Source: Eledone cirrhosa (lineage: Eukaryota). From it: a stretch of 64,000 nt of DNA. Position numbers and translations under genes: made by a program. Location of the stretch: assembly GCA_964016885.1 (NCBI GenBank), contig OZ024744.1:99634001-99698000 (forward strand), in the 5' to 3' direction. This document shows, piece after piece, positions 26,067-39,769 of this stretch; position 1 is the stretch's first letter, and every line of letters begins with the position of its first letter. Below the pieces are notes generated by a model that worked only from the letters and a program-made list of their open reading frames with translations, was not told where the DNA came from and ran no database searches.

Positions 26067-26649
26067 CTAGCATTAAAGCCCGGCGTTGCTCGGGGTCATT
26101 AAGTTACCAAAGTTAGGTTGCACCACCCATTTTATGGCAGCACTTTTTTGTCTGCCAGGCACTGGGTGAATGAATTGCAGACCTGGAAGCATGAGCTGCG
26201 CCAACAGTGACAATTGTAGTTTCGCCTATGGATATTATCTCTGTGCAAAAAAGTGTTGAAAGTTATTGTTTCACAGTACTTGCGCAACACGCGCGTAGAC
26301 GATGCCAGCCGAACAACAGAGCTGCTATGGAGTTGTTCTGCATGGTTGTCTAATGTGTGTTTTCTAAATTTAAAACAGTAGGGAGGGGTGAGATATGGGG
26401 GAGAGTTAGCTGCTGTTTCTAGCAGGTTTAGTGAACCCATAGAGTATATTATTGTGTATAGTAAATAAACTGATACATCTTTCTTCCACGTTCGTTGAGA
26501 GATGTTTTAAAAAAGATTTATCGCTGTTTTTTTGTTGTTGAATAAATTTATCTGTTGCTTTTGAATAATTGTTGTTTCGTATGAAATGTAATAATCTTTG
26601 TTGTCATTGAAGGAAATAAATGTTTGACCGTTCCACACTCAAAAACAAA

Positions 26650-26707
<58 letters not shown>

Positions 26708-27010
26708 GGAAGTTTGTAAGTTTAAGCGTATATAAGAGAAAGTTGCAGCATGTATGTAGTTTTATCGAATTTTAAGGGGAGTAGAGAGAGGTAAGCAGAT
26801 TCTATTAGAGGGGTAAAGCGTCATGTATTTAGTTTTATCGATTATTTCCGTAATTGTGGGTGAGTTTGAAATAAATAAATAGTCGTTGACCTAAGTTAGA
26901 CCATTTACAACATTCTTACAGACATTCAGTCGAATCGGTTTGAAATTGTGCAAATGTATAAAATTGAAACATACAGACAGACACAAAAATCTGCCTTTTA
27001 TAGATAATGA
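26067..27010 (-). mobile_element. Non-autonomous Helitron
   Basis: Minus-strand 3' end CCCGAGCAACGCCGGG hairpin followed by CTAG|T. 5' end TC...TCTATAAAAG...TGTCTGTCTGT. Confidence 0.7.
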
Positions 27011-27206
27011 TATATATATATATAGCATATATATATATTGTTTGTGTGTGTGTAATATTAGTAACAATCAGTGTAGATAAGCCAGCAACACCACGCTGGG
27101 GCTTCATCCAGCAGTGAATCAGTAAGTCTTACATGGAAATTGTTGGTAATAATTTTTATTATTTTTATTTATTTATTTTTTTTTAAATATTTCTTTAATC
27201 TGACAG

Positions 27207-27360
27207 GAAGTTTGTAATGTCAGCAAGAAATATCTACCAGGAATGGCTGTTGGTCTCTCTGATCCTAAGTTAGAACTGTGTATTGCTGATGGCGTGGAAT
27301 ATCTTGAAAAATCCGAAGGAAAATTTGATGTCATTATTACCGATTCCACAGATCCTGTCG
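27207..27360 (+). CDS. SRM: Spermidine synthase-like, coding exon 4 (EVCNVSKKYLPGMAVG...DGVEYL...FDVIITDSTDPV)
   Basis: acAG / GTAAGG, 154 nt. Catalytic FDVIITDS.DP motif. Confidence 0.97.
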
Positions 27361-29099
27361 GTAAGGAAACATGTTTGTTGTATTTATTATCATCATCATC
27401 ATCTAACCCACCTAAGGGCCACATGGGTCATAAATGTGTTGTCTGAGGGCCACACATGACAACTAATTGCACACATTACAATTAATATATTTTATTTTAT
27501 ATTACGCTTCACACTGTAAAACCCTTTGTGTGGGCCGCAGATATGCTTGTAAAGGGCCGCATGTTTGACATGTCTGATCTAATCTTTAGCACTCTAGAAA
27601 TTTTTATGAATTGCTTCCCTTAGCATTGCATTATGTATTAAAGGGAGAAATACCCTATTGCTGACATAATGCGCCTATAGCGTCCGGTGGTTAATTTCCC
27701 TTTTCTGCTACAATTAATCAAGGGTTGGATAGGTCATCACCGACCAAGTAGGTACTTCATAGATGCTGCTCACACCTTGGGTAAGCTGTGCGCTGCGTCT
27801 TGCTTACAGCCGTTGTCGTGCATTTGACCCAACCTGAAGAATCCTATCAAGTCTTTTAGTATCGTTTATACAGCTGGATGTCTTTCCTTCGGCCAACCAT
27901 TCCTAACATTTTTTATGGTATCAGCATTACCATTTTACAATTTATATTGAGTGCATGTTTTCATGGTATCAGCACTACCACTATACAGAGTGTATTGGGT
28001 GCTGCGTTTTTACAGAGTGTATTGGGTGCAGTATTTTTAGAGAGTGTATTGGGTGCAGTGTTTTTACAGAGTGTATTGGGTGAAGTGTTTTTACAGAGTA
28101 TTGGGTGCAGTGTTTTTACAGAATGTATTGGGTGCAGTGTTTTTCATGTTATCAGCACTAGAAAAGTTATGTTTGTCCAGACAGGATTCCTCTCAAGCCG
28201 TATATTGTCTCTGATCGCTGCCAACAATGTAAATTCATTACATTTATTTTTAGTGTCTCAGTGTTTGTACTAAGGCATATTGTCTGTCAGCTGAAACTTA
28301 AATGACTTGCATCAAGTTTCCTTGTAGTTCTTTACATACTCATTGATGAACTAACAAACATGTACTGGGTGCTGAAAACTTCCTGGCTTAAAGGGTAGAG
28401 CTGTTACCTTTACAGGGGAGGTAGGACCCCTACAATAAGTGTGTGAATCTGAGAGGGGAATATGTTGAATAAAATCATAATTAACTGATCTTCCTGTATT
28501 TTCTTTCACCCAAAGCCAAGAACTTTTCAACACATAAAATTACTGAAATACACACATACACACATACACTGACTTAAAATGACTTTACAATGTGGACTGG
28601 GTGCTTTTTGTTGTGACACCTACACAACCACTTTACAGTGTGGACTGGGTGCTTTTTCTTGTCACCAACATGGTCACTTTACTGTGTGGACTGTATGCTT
28701 TTTGTCGTGGCACCTACCTAACCACTTTATATAGGGGACTGGGTGTTTTTTGTCGTGACACCAACATGACCACTTTACCATGTCGGCTGGATGTTTTTTT
28801 GTTTTGTCACCAAAATGTGGGCTGGGTGCTTTTTGTAATGTCACCTACACAACCAATTTAGTGTGGGCTGGGTGCTTTTTATCATGACACCTTTGCAACT
28901 ACTTTACAGTGTGGACTGGGCACATTTTTTCATGACACCTACCTAACCACTTTACAGTGTGGGCTGGGTGCTTTGAATTCATGGCTTCTAAATACATATC
29001 TGTACACACACACACACACACACACTCTCTCTAACTTTAGTTTTTTGTTTATGAATATTTTGGGGTGAATTTGACTCTCCATGTCAATATTTTTCACAG

Positions 29100-29183
29100 G
29101 GCCAGCTGAGGGTTTATTTGAGCTACGGTTTTATAAATTAATTCACAAAGCCTTAAAACCAGATGGTATTATGTGTAACCAAG
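29100..29183 (+). CDS. SRM: Spermidine synthase-like, coding exon 5 (GPAEGLFELRFYKLIHKALKPDGIMCNQ)
   Basis: cacAG / GTAAGT, 84 nt, phase 1-1. GPA..LF...FY......L.PDG motif. Confidence 0.96.
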
Positions 29184-29236
29184 GTAAGTTTATTTTTCTC
29201 AATATCAAATATTTAAGAAACGCATGTTTTGCTTGT

Positions 29237-29268
<32 letters not shown>

Positions 29269-29425
29269 CGTGTGTGTATATTAAGCATATTGTATGTTTC
29301 CACATATACCTTTTCTGAATGATGCTGTGTTAGTGCTATTGCTTATATATATATGTAAAAGGTAAATAGAAATAACGACACAATTGGTACAGTATATGGA
29401 AGGGATATATTAGCAAGAGGAATGG

Positions 29426-29461
29426 TCTTAACATTTCAGACGCTAGTCCTTCATCAGAAGA
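29426..29461 (-). ncRNA. Minimal hammerhead ribozyme motif (partly decayed)
   Basis: Minus strand TCTT-CTGATGA-a-GGACtagcGTCT-GAAA-TG-TT-AAGA. Stem III ATGT looks like a CpG-decayed ACGT palindrome. Confidence 0.55.
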
Positions 29462-30378
29462 AAGAATGAGAAATTATATATATATCTGTGTTTGCGTGTG
29501 TATATGTGTATTTGTGTGTGTGTGTGTGTGTGTGTGTGTACATGTGTGTATGCATATGTACATGTGTGTTTGTATATGTGTGTGTGCGTTTTTGACCAAT
29601 GGATTGATCCGTCCACTGGAGATTAAGTCACTGCTTCTTTATCAGCGATAGTCATATGATATGACTTGACTGGACTGGAGGTAAATGGTTTCCATTTGTC
29701 CAGTTAGACATTTAAATACACAAAATTTCATGTTGAAAAGCTGTCAGATTATCTTACAGTAGGGGTCTATGTAGTTGGAATATAACAGATATGTGGTTCA
29801 ATTCCTATAAATGGTTTTGTAACTTTTTCTCATATTTCAATTTATATGAACATATTGAAGCAGACTGCTATCTTAGATTTCTCTCTGTATGTCTGTTAAC
29901 CTTTCATTACCATATTTCTAACAGAAATCTGTGCCTTTGATTTTGGTATTAATTTGAAAATAATTAAGAATTTAGAGGGATTTAATAATATATAACTAAC
30001 TTTCTTATTATTAAGGTGGTGTTTGGAATATAACTTAACAAAAGTTCTTACATAAAATTATGATGGAAGGTTTTAACCCTTTCATTACCATATTTCTATT
30101 GGAAATTTGGTAATGAAATTAATTTGAAAATAATTACTAATAAATATATATATATATATTATAAAATAAAATAACAGGAGGCTGGACTGGTGTAAATCCT
30201 TGAAAGGTTTATTATACTATGATCATTTCAATGACCGAGTTCAGTATGAATCCGGTGATATCATCAGGTATTCAAAATATAACAAAGGAATAGAAGCTGC
30301 TAAATAGTCGGTCGTCCTCTTGTCTCTTATTTTCAGCCCCATGGATTTTATCTGTTATATTCCTTTGTTATATCTTGA

Positions 30379-30436
30379 ATACCTGATGATATCACCGGAT
30401 TCATACTGAACCCGGTCATTGAAATGATCATAGTAT
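30379..30436 (+). ncRNA. Hammerhead ribozyme motif (mirror copy on - strand at 30214-30271)
   Basis: ATAC-CTGATGA-(accgg.ttca/tgaa.ccggt)-GAAA-TGATCA-TA-GTAT. Palindromic stem III. Confidence 0.72.
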
Positions 30437-31346
30437 AATGAACCTTTCAAGGATTTACACCAGTCCAGCCTCCTGTTATTTTATTTTATAATAATTAACT
30501 CCGTACTTGCACCACCAACTACACAAACGAAGACGGGTGAGTTGTAATATTACATCGAGATTGACCATACGGAATGACCAATTCTATCCAGTGGTGAACC
30601 AACAAACCTAAATATATATATATATATAGTAATAATAATAAATTTGAAGACTAAAATCCAAAGAGGGCTTGATAAGGATAAATATATATCAGATATATAA
30701 GAACCGTAGAGTAAATATTTATTAAAATAACAGATTAAAGTTTAAGCAAAGAATCGCTGCGTTCACCCTTAACGGGATCTTCTGAAGATCCCGTTAAGGA
30801 TGAAAGCAGCGATTCTTTGCTTAAACTTTAATTTGTTATTTTAATAAATATATATATATATTACCATATTTCTAATGAAAGACACAGTCAATGATTTTCA
30901 ATATATTTATTTTAATAATCAAGAATTTGGAGGGATTCAATAATATAACTAACTTTCTCATTATTAACCCTTTAGCATTTATATTTCTCTATATTTATTA
31001 TTATATTTTCATGGTAAAGTCTTTACCTCCCATAATAACGAATCTATGAGATTTTGATATTTATTTTGAGAACAATACCTTAATGTCAGTATGAGCGGCC
31101 AGTCATGGCCAGTTTGAAGAGAAAGAAGTGAGAGAATTCTGGCAGAATATGGCCGGTTTAAATGCTAAAGGTTTAGTTATGTTGGTGTTTGGAACATAAC
31201 TTAAAAAAAGTTCTTGGATAAAATTATAATGGAAGGTTTTTAGATAAACATAAACATTTAACATGGACAGTTTTGTACCATAGAACCAGAGGCAGTTTAG
31301 TATGAAAAAGGATTAATATTTTATGTATTGATATTTCAATTTCCAG

Positions 31347-31489
31347 GTGAAAATATCTGGTTGGATAAAGAGTTAATTCAAGGTGTTCTGAAGAAATGCA
31401 GAGCAGTATTTCCCTGTGTGTCGTATGCTAACTGCACAACTGCAACTTATGCCTGTGGACAAATTGGCTTAGTTCTTTGCAGCAATACA
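31347..31489 (+). CDS. SRM: Spermidine synthase-like, coding exon 6 (GENIWLDKELIQGVLKKCRAVFPCVSYANCTTATYACGQIGLVLCSNT)
   Basis: ccAG / GTAAGT, 143 nt, frame consistent. GE..WL and TY..GQIG motifs. Confidence 0.95.
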
Positions 31490-32439
31490 GTAAGTATTCA
31501 TTATTAATTTATATCGTGGTTGGCACTAGGAAGAGCATCCAGCCATTGAAACCAAGCCAGAAATCGGTCTAGTGTGAGCTGGAGTTGGTCATCTGCTCTG
31601 GCTTGGTTCACATCTGGACAACTCGTCTAACCCATGCTAGTGTGGAAAAGATTGACGTTAAACAGTGATGAGGATGATGATGATATATAACTGTGTGTCC
31701 AGTTTAGAATAGGTACACTGTATCCTTATATGTTGTAAGAAGTAACTAAAAGGGTTGGTGTCGAGGAAGGACATCCGGCTGTAAAATATTAATAGAAAAG
31801 TCAACATAAAAACGATGATGATAAAGAACATATCGTCATCATCACCATTTAATGTCCATTTTCCCATGCTAGCTTGAAGCTTAATCAAAGTAGTGCACAC
31901 GCACATAACCATCTTCACCACCACTGCTGAAGCTGTAATAGAAACTAGACGAGTTGTCGTCCTGTTATGAGACAAGCCTGATCAAAACCAGCTTTTATCA
32001 CCTCTTCCCAGGTCTTCCTATTCCATAGCTACCATCAACTGTGAGCGTCCTGCACCTTTTTATACAGCTGTCATCCTTCATAGGCATCACAAATATATAT
32101 CATCATCATCATCATCATCACCATTTAACATCTATTTTCCATGCTTTGCGTGGGTTAGACGGGTTATCCACGTCGAGAGAGAAGACTGGCCAGAATTGGC
32201 CACACCATTACCTTGCTCCAATGGAACTGTAAATTTGGCCGGGATATTTATAGCTGGATGCCCTTCCTATCACCAACCACATTTACAGTGAGGAGAGACA
32301 GGCCAGATGGCTGCGCTGAACCCTTCTCACAGTGGAACCATAGTTTATGTGGGAGGTTGGGCCAGAGGGCCTTACTCATAGAGGGGAGCCGTGTTTTCAG
32401 TGTGGGGCTGGGTGGCGCCATTATGAGCTGAGTCTGGGG

Positions 32440-32790
32440 TTGAGTTGTTGACACAGGTCTTTTGTCATACGTTGTAGCGCCAGATGATTCAGTCATTTTC
32501 ACTGGGAGATTCAGCTGAATCTGGTCCACATTTATCGTTTTATCCCACGTTTTCCTGGGTTTTCCTCTTTTGGGGCATCCTGCAACCTCTATAGTTCTGC
32601 ATCTTTTTAAACAGCTGTCATTCTTCATGCGCATCACATGTCCATACCACCTAAGTCTTCTCTCCTGCACACAGCATTTGATGCCTCTTATGCCCACTTT
32701 AGCTCTCAATACCTTTACACTTTGTCGTTCACGCACACTTCTGTTACACATCCATCTGATCATACAGGCTTCGTTTCTTTCCAATCTCTC
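32440..32790 (-). mobile_element. RTE LINE 3' fragment interrupted by SINE A
   Basis: ERLERNEACMIRWMC...RRLRWYGHVMRM...GKPRKTW. SINE inserted at about 32794. Confidence 0.8.
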
Positions 32791-35571
32791 TAGGTGAAGG
32801 CGCATGGCGTAGTGGTTAGAGCATTGGGCTTGCAATCGAAAGGTTGTGAGTTCAATTCTCAGACCGGGTGATGTGTTGTTTCCTTGAGCAAGACACTTTA
32901 TTTCACATTGCTCCAGTTTACTCAGCTGTAGAAATGAGATGGTAGGACTGGGGTCCCTATCATTAAATCACCCAAGACACCTCCAATGAGATATACCTTG
33001 GAGGAGGCCAGCTAAGCCTGCATAGGTGTGAGCTGTAACAACAACAACAATCTCTGTAGGTCCTTGGCACTCTTGAGTCCATGTTTCGCTTCCATATAGC
33101 ATTGCTGAGAGCTCCAGCTATGTTCACATTCCTCACCTACATCACCACCCCACTCTCAGTTTAAGGACATAGCTAATGCCACACTGGAATGCACTGTGTA
33201 AATGGTGGCACCACTACCCCAATAAAATTGTACCCAGTACACTCTAATATGGTTGGTGTTAGGAAGGGCATCTAACTGTAAAAAAGGGGGGAAACCATGA
33301 CAAACTGCAACATACTAGGGTTGACTGAAAAATTCATAGACTGACCAAGATACTCTCATGGAATGACCAAATTAAGTTTATTTTTCAACATAGTCTTGAG
33401 AAAGAAACAATACAGTTATTTATAAGAAGAGTTGAAATTAATGCATACAAGATTTCACAGCTCTAACATCACTCCTTCATAGTCAGCCTGTGAACCTTTC
33501 AGCTGACCCTCGTATATTGATAGGCAGTGGTTTCTAACATAAGCTCAAAGCCAGAAATTCTTTGTGATAAGGGGAAATTGATTATATCAACCCCAGTACT
33601 TAACTGGTACTTCATTTTATCAGCCCCGGAAGGATGAAAAGCAAAGTTGACCTCAGCTGGATTTGAACTCATAATGTAAAGGACCATAACTAAACGCTAT
33701 AAAACATTGTCCAACATTCTACTGATTCTACCAATCCACCACCCTTGTATTTATAAATAATTATTTCTACTTTTGGCACAAGGCCAGCATTTACCCCAGT
33801 GCATTGCTGGTACTTTATTTTATCAACCCTGTAAGAATGAAAGGCAAAGTTAACCTCAACGGGATTTGAGCACAGACTGTAAAGTGCCGTAACTCTATGC
33901 TGTAAAGCTTGTCATCCGATCCTCTACTGATACTGCCATATACCACTACCTACCACTTGTATTTATAGATAATTGTTTCTACGTTTGGCACAAGGCCAGC
34001 AATTACCCAGTGGATTACTGATAGATAATGCCACTATATTTGATACAAGAGTTCTTTCTGGTTTTTCTGTAAACACAAAACCCATCCTAAGTTCCTCTTG
34101 ACCCCCCTCCAGCCACTTGTCTTACTATCATGTTCACACAGTGACCAAGTAAGAAAACTAATTACGCCATCCTAAAACTTGTATTGCTATCTATTAGCCT
34201 CAAAAAAGATTTAGATCAGTTTCTATCCCTCTCCAATCCTTCTATTTGTCATTTACTTTCATACAATATCACATTAAGATCTGTATGTGAAAACTACAAA
34301 GCAGCACTATTCCTCCATTTCATTAAATATGAAAGTCTTTAATACTGCAAATGTTCACAACATTCTGTCCACTAGTAAAGACACTGTAAACAATTGAATT
34401 AACAAACCATATGAAACCACATTAGCAAGACATTCTTAAACAACATACAAACAACACTATGATTGCACCACATTAAATATTAACCCTTTAGCATTTACAT
34501 TACTCTATATATACTATGGTGGATTGGCAGTATCGGTAGAGGGTCGGACGCCCTGCTTTCCAGCATAGTTACGTCCCTTTACGATCTGAGTTCAAATCCC
34601 GCCGAGGTTGACTTTGCCTTTCATCCTTACGGGGTCGATAAAATAAAGTACCAGTAATGCACTGGGTAATTGCTGGCCTTGTGCCTAAAGTAGAAACAAT
34701 TATATTTTAATGGGAAAGGCCTTATCTCCCATAACATCAAATCTATGAGATTTTGATATTATTTATTTTAACTTTGCCTTTCATCCTTACTTACGAGGTC
34801 GATAAAATAAAGTACCAGTAATGCACTGGGTAATTGCTGGCCTTGTGCCAAAAGTAGAAACAATTATTTATTTTGATAACAATACCTTAACATAAGAATG
34901 AGCAGCCAATTATGACTGGTTTGAACAGAATGAGGTGAGAGAATTCTGGCCGGATATAAGGATCGATCGACTTTTGTCAAATTGGACCGAGGAAACAATG
35001 TTTCCATTGGTCTTTCCAGTTGCTAATACTATCTATCGGTCGCAACTCCAGGTAGAAGGAGCAACGTGAAATAAAGTGTCTTGCTCAAGTACATAACGCA
35101 TATGGTTAGTTTAAATGCTAAAGGGTTAAAGTGTTTACTCTAATACTGTACATTTTCACAACATTCTGTCCAGTAGTAAATATACCATAAACATTTGAAT
35201 TAACAAATCTCATGAAACCACATTAACAGGACATTGTTGAAAAGTACAAAAAAAACATGACTGATTCACAGGATTAAAAATGAAATTTTTTCCTCCAATA
35301 CTACAAATGTCCACAACAATCTGTCCACCAGTAAAGAAGCATTTGAATTAACAAACTTGTATTTTAGATATTTTCTGCTAAATCATTACAGGATGTTACA
35401 AATTTTTACAACAATCTGTCCACCAGTAAAGATACTATAAATATTTGAATTAACAAACCTGTTTTTAGATATTTTTTTACTAAATTATTACAGGATGTTA
35501 AGAGATAATACTGAATGTATTAATCTTTTAATTCTTTTGTATTTGTTATGCATTATTTATTCATTTATTAA

Positions 35572-35765
35572 AAGGGCGATGGATTGGCAGTATCGGTAGA
35601 GGGTCGGACGCCATGCTTTGACGCGTAGAGTTACGGCTCTTGCCATTGTGAGTTCAAATCCCGCCGAGGTTAACTTTGCCTTTCATCCTTACGAGGTCGA
35701 TAAAATAAAGTACCAGTAATACACTGGGTAATTGCTGGCCTTGTGCCAAAAGTAGAAACAATTAT
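35572..35765 (+). mobile_element. tRNA-derived SINE family B (representative copy)
   Basis: GGGCG.TGGATTGGCAG...GAGTTCAAATCCCGCCGAGGTTAACTTTGCCTTTCATCC...GTAGAAACAATTA. More than 12 copies (e.g. 21067, 24522, 34517, 43345, 45028, 49425, 50190, 54342, 60809). The copy at 60809-60995 has a 16-bp TSD TTTTCGAATATTAATA. Confidence 0.88.
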
Positions 35766-35793
35766 TTATTCATTTATTATTCCCTCTATCCAG

Positions 35794-35916
35794 GTGAGAG
35801 ATTTTTCTAAACCAGTCCGAACCTTGACAGAAGATGAAGTTGATGCTAATGGTTATCAATACTATAACTCAGCTGTCCATACTGCTTCTTTTACATTGCC
35901 TAATTTTGCCCATAAG
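35794..35916 (+). CDS. SRM: Spermidine synthase-like, coding exon 7 (VRDFSKPVRTLTEDEVDANGYQYYNSAVHTASFTLPNFAHK)
   Basis: ccAG / GTCAGT, 123 nt. YYN..VH.A.F.LP.FA motif. Confidence 0.95.
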
Positions 35917-36849
35917 GTCAGTCTTCATATTTATTATATTTCTAATTAAATTCCTTTTTCATTCTATATGTAACTACTTTACATACAATTCTAATAATAT
36001 CTACAACTTACCCTCAAATGTGATGACACATAACCGTGAACTCAGGCATCACGCAGTAATACAGAAGACCCGACTTGAAATAAGCAGTGGGATGGGGATG
36101 GAATAAGCAGGGTGTGGTGTGGTGTGGTGTGGAATAAACAGGTTGGGGTGGAAAATCGGTAATATTTCTAGATTGTCTCCGTTGATTGTTTTTAAAAAAA
36201 ACAGAATTAGTTGTTTAGTTTACATATTGAGACTCCCAACGCATCCTATTTATTTTATAACATATGGGATTTCTAGTAATGTATTTTTTTGTCATGTATA
36301 ATGTTTTTTTTAATGTCTAAAGAAAATATTTTGCCAGAGATAGCAAAACTTAATAAGCGGTTGGGAGGGGGTTATTTGAGACTCGAGAGTGTGTTAGTTT
36401 CTGTACATTTATCATCATCATTATCATCACTGTTTAATGTCCAATTTTCAACCCTAGCATGGTTTAGACAAGTTGTCTTGTGAGAAATGCTGGGTCAACA
36501 TTTTTATCTATTAATAATGTTGGTGTTTCTGCAGTGTAAAATGTCTGTCATGCTGGAAAGGGGATGGTAAGAGAGTATGTGGGGGAGTGGTAGTAGTGAT
36601 GATCTCATGTCTTTATAGAAAGGGGGTGGTCTGAGGGTGGGTGGAAATCATCATTATCATTTAATGCCTACTTTCCATGCTTGCATGGGTCAGACAGGTT
36701 GTCCTGTTATTAGACAGTTCAAGTTGGGTGGCCATATCTTGCTCATACAGATCTGTATTTTGGTTTGGTTTCTACAGCTGTATGCCATTCCTAACACCAA
36801 CCACATTACAGTGTAGACAGGGTCCTTTTTGTTGTGGCTCCGAAACAAC

Positions 36850-37445
36850 TCTTTTAGGGTGGACTGGGTGCTTTATGTTGTGTCACCTATATGACCACTT
36901 TACAATGTAGACTAGGTGCTTTTTGTCGTGTTGCCCTCATGACCACCTTACAGGGTGGACTGGGTGTTTTTTGTCATGTCACCAGTATGACTACCTTACA
37001 GAGTGGACTGGATGCTTTTTGTCAGGTCATCTGCATGACCACTAACAGGGTGGACTGGGTGCTTTTTGTCAGGTCACCTGCATGACCACTTACAGGGTGG
37101 ACTGGGTGCTTTTTGTCAGGTCACTTGGATGACCACTTACAGGGTGGACTGGGTGCTTTTTGTCAGGTCATCTGCATGACCACTTACAGGGTGGACTGGG
37201 TGCTTTTTGTCAGGTCACTTGGATGACCACATACAGGGTGGACTGGGTGCTTTTTGTCAGGTCATCTGCATGACCACTTACAGGGTGGACTGGGTGCTTT
37301 TTGTCAGGTCACTTGGATAACCACTTACAGGGTGGACTGGGTGCTTTTTGTCAGGTCACCTGCATGACCACTTACAGGGTGGACTGGGTGCTTTTTGTCA
37401 GGTCATCTGCATGACCACCTTATAGCATAGACTGGGTGCTTTTTG
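36850..37445. repeat. 47-bp minisatellite (related degenerate array at 28580-28975)
   Basis: Unit CAGGGTGGACTGGGTGCTTTTTGTCAGGTCATCTGCATGACCACTTA. Confidence 0.9.
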
Positions 37446-38257
37446 TTGTTATCAGGTGGTGACAGGACTGTGGAAGATCAGATGTGGAGCATGTCCAGCT
37501 TTCCATGCTTGTATGCATGGGTTGGACAAGAGGTATATCAGGTGTGACATGAGTGAAGGCTGGGGATGGATATTAAGGTGTGGAAAGTTGTGTGTGTGTG
37601 TGTGTGGAGGGGAATTGGTACAGAAAAGTGTCCTCTTTACATAAAAAGGGGATTGTAGTGAAGGTAGTGATGGTGATCTCATGTTTATATAAAGAGTGTG
37701 TGTGAGAGAAAAAGCGGGAGAGAGTAGTGGTCGTGGTGGCAATGACACTTTTTTTAAACCTACACTAGAGAAAATAATGTTTATCTTTAAATTATATAAA
37801 GAAGTAAAATATTCCAGTTTGATACTTTCAGTCATTTGTTAAATTTGCTCAGTTTATTTTGTTGTATTGTATATATGTAATTAAGTAGTATATATATATA
37901 TCATCATCATCATCATTTTACGTCCGCTTTTCCCTGCTTGCAAGGGTGGGACGGGAACTGATTCTGGCTTGATTTCTACAGCTGGATGCCCTTCCTAACA
38001 CCAACCTCATTTACAGTGAGTGCTGGGTGCTTTTTTTTTCCGTGGTTCCTACATGTCCACTTTACAGTGTGGGCTGGGTGCTTTTTTGCCGTGCCACCAC
38101 TACGACCACTTTGCAGTGGAATGATAGGGACCCCAGTCCCTATCATTTCATTTCTGCAGCTGAGTAAACTGGAGCAGTGTGAAATAAAGTGTCTTGCTCA
38201 AGGGAACAACACATCAACCGGTCTGAGAATTGAACTCACAACCTTTCGATTGCAAGG

Positions 38258-38309
<52 letters not shown>

Positions 38310-38581
38310 GTAGGAGGTGAGTTTTATTGTAGCACAATAAAGCAATGCAAATATCGGATAAGTAGCACTCTACAGTTTGTAGGACTGGAGTATAAATAAT
38401 ATAAAATCAAAAGATGGTTAAAAGAGTTCCAAGTATATTATTATGCGCATTTCAAAAACAAATATCATGGGATGATATCTGCGTTCTCATCAGATAAAAT
38501 AGGGAGACATGATATGAAGCTTAAAAAACACTTGTGAGCAGTGAAGTTTTAAATCAATATAAGCTTCATATCATGTCTCCC

Positions 38582-38652
38582 TATTTTATCTGATGAGAAC
38601 GCAGATATCATGCCATGATGATATTTGTTTTTGAAATGCGCATAATAAAATA
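38582..38652 (+). ncRNA. Hammerhead ribozyme motif (mirror copy on - strand at 38434-38501)
   Basis: TATTTTAT-CTGATGA-(gcagatatcat/atgatatttgt)-GAAA-TGCGCA-TA-ATAAAATA. Perfect 8-bp stem I. Confidence 0.82.
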
Positions 38653-38682
38653 CTTGGAACTCTTTTAACCATCTTTTGATCT

Positions 38683-38737
<55 letters not shown>

Positions 38738-39694
38738 GTGTATAGATGTAATTAAGTACTCATCGTCATTCATCATCATTTCATTTTACGTCCACTTTTC
38801 CCTGCTTGCAAGGGTGGGATGGGAACTGATTCTGGCTTGATTTCTACAGCTGGATGCCCTTCCTAACACCAGCCTCATTTACAGTGAGTGCTGGGTGCTT
38901 TTTTGCCATGGGCACCTCCACGGCCACTTTACAGTGGAATGATAGGGACCCCAGTCCCTATCATCTCATTTCTACAGCTGAGTAAACTGGAGCAATGTGA
39001 AATAAAGTATCTTGCTCAAGGAAACAACACATCACCCGGTCTGAGAATTAAACTCACAACCTTCTGATTGCAAGGCCAATGCTCTAACCACTAAGCCATG
39101 TGCCTCCATATATATAAATATATTTGTGTGTATATGTGTAATTATGTATGGATATATATAAATATATATTTGTGTGTGTTATTGTTATAAGTGTAGTGAA
39201 TTGGCAGAGCGTCGGACACTATGCTCTGCGACATAGAGTTATAACCCCTTTATATTCTGAATTCAAATTCTGATGAGGTTAGCTTTGCTTTTCATCTTTA
39301 GGATAAGGATAAAGATCCCAAAACTCCTTGTGGACTCATAGACACACCGCCATACGGTGTGTCTAGGGCACATTTAAACCTGGTGGAGCCCAACCCTCTC
39401 CAGGAGTGACTCAGCAAATTTTTCTATAAAGGAAGAATCTACAGTGATAAAAAATGAAAGGCAAAGTTGACCGCAGCGGAATTTGAAGTCAGCGCGCGCA
39501 AGAGGTGGGTGGGATGATTACGACTCTGCCAATTCACTGCATAAAGTACTAACCATGAACTGAGGTTGATTTAATCAACTTTCTCCCTTCCCTTCAAATT
39601 GATGACCTTGTGCCCTATATTAGAAACAATTATTATATTCTCAACATGACCCTCACAGAATGTAACACTATTATATTTATATATTTATTTTCAG

Positions 39695-39721
39695 GCATTT
39701 GGACTTCCAATTAAGAGTTAG
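39695..39721 (+). CDS. SRM: Spermidine synthase-like, terminal coding exon 8 (AFGLPIKS*)
   Basis: Strong ttttcAG acceptor, short phase-0 ORF ending in TAG. Spliced total is 873 nt = 290 aa + stop. A short terminal exon fits the SRM family, but it is too short to verify by homology. Confidence 0.75.
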   Translation, partial: AFGLPIKS

Positions 39722-39763
39722 CTGACAGTACTTACCATTTTTTTTTTTTTTTTCTTCTCATGA

Positions 39764-39769
39764 AATAAA
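39764..39769 (+). terminator. Candidate polyadenylation signal of SRM
   Basis: AATAAA about 43 nt after the stop, followed by T-rich tracts. More distal AATAAA signals (e.g. about 43687, 43721) also exist. Confidence 0.4.

Noticed and set aside
39270-39276. CTGATGA hammerhead core
   Set aside because: It is a mutated SINE B segment (normally CCGCCGAGG), with no stem II/GAAA partner.
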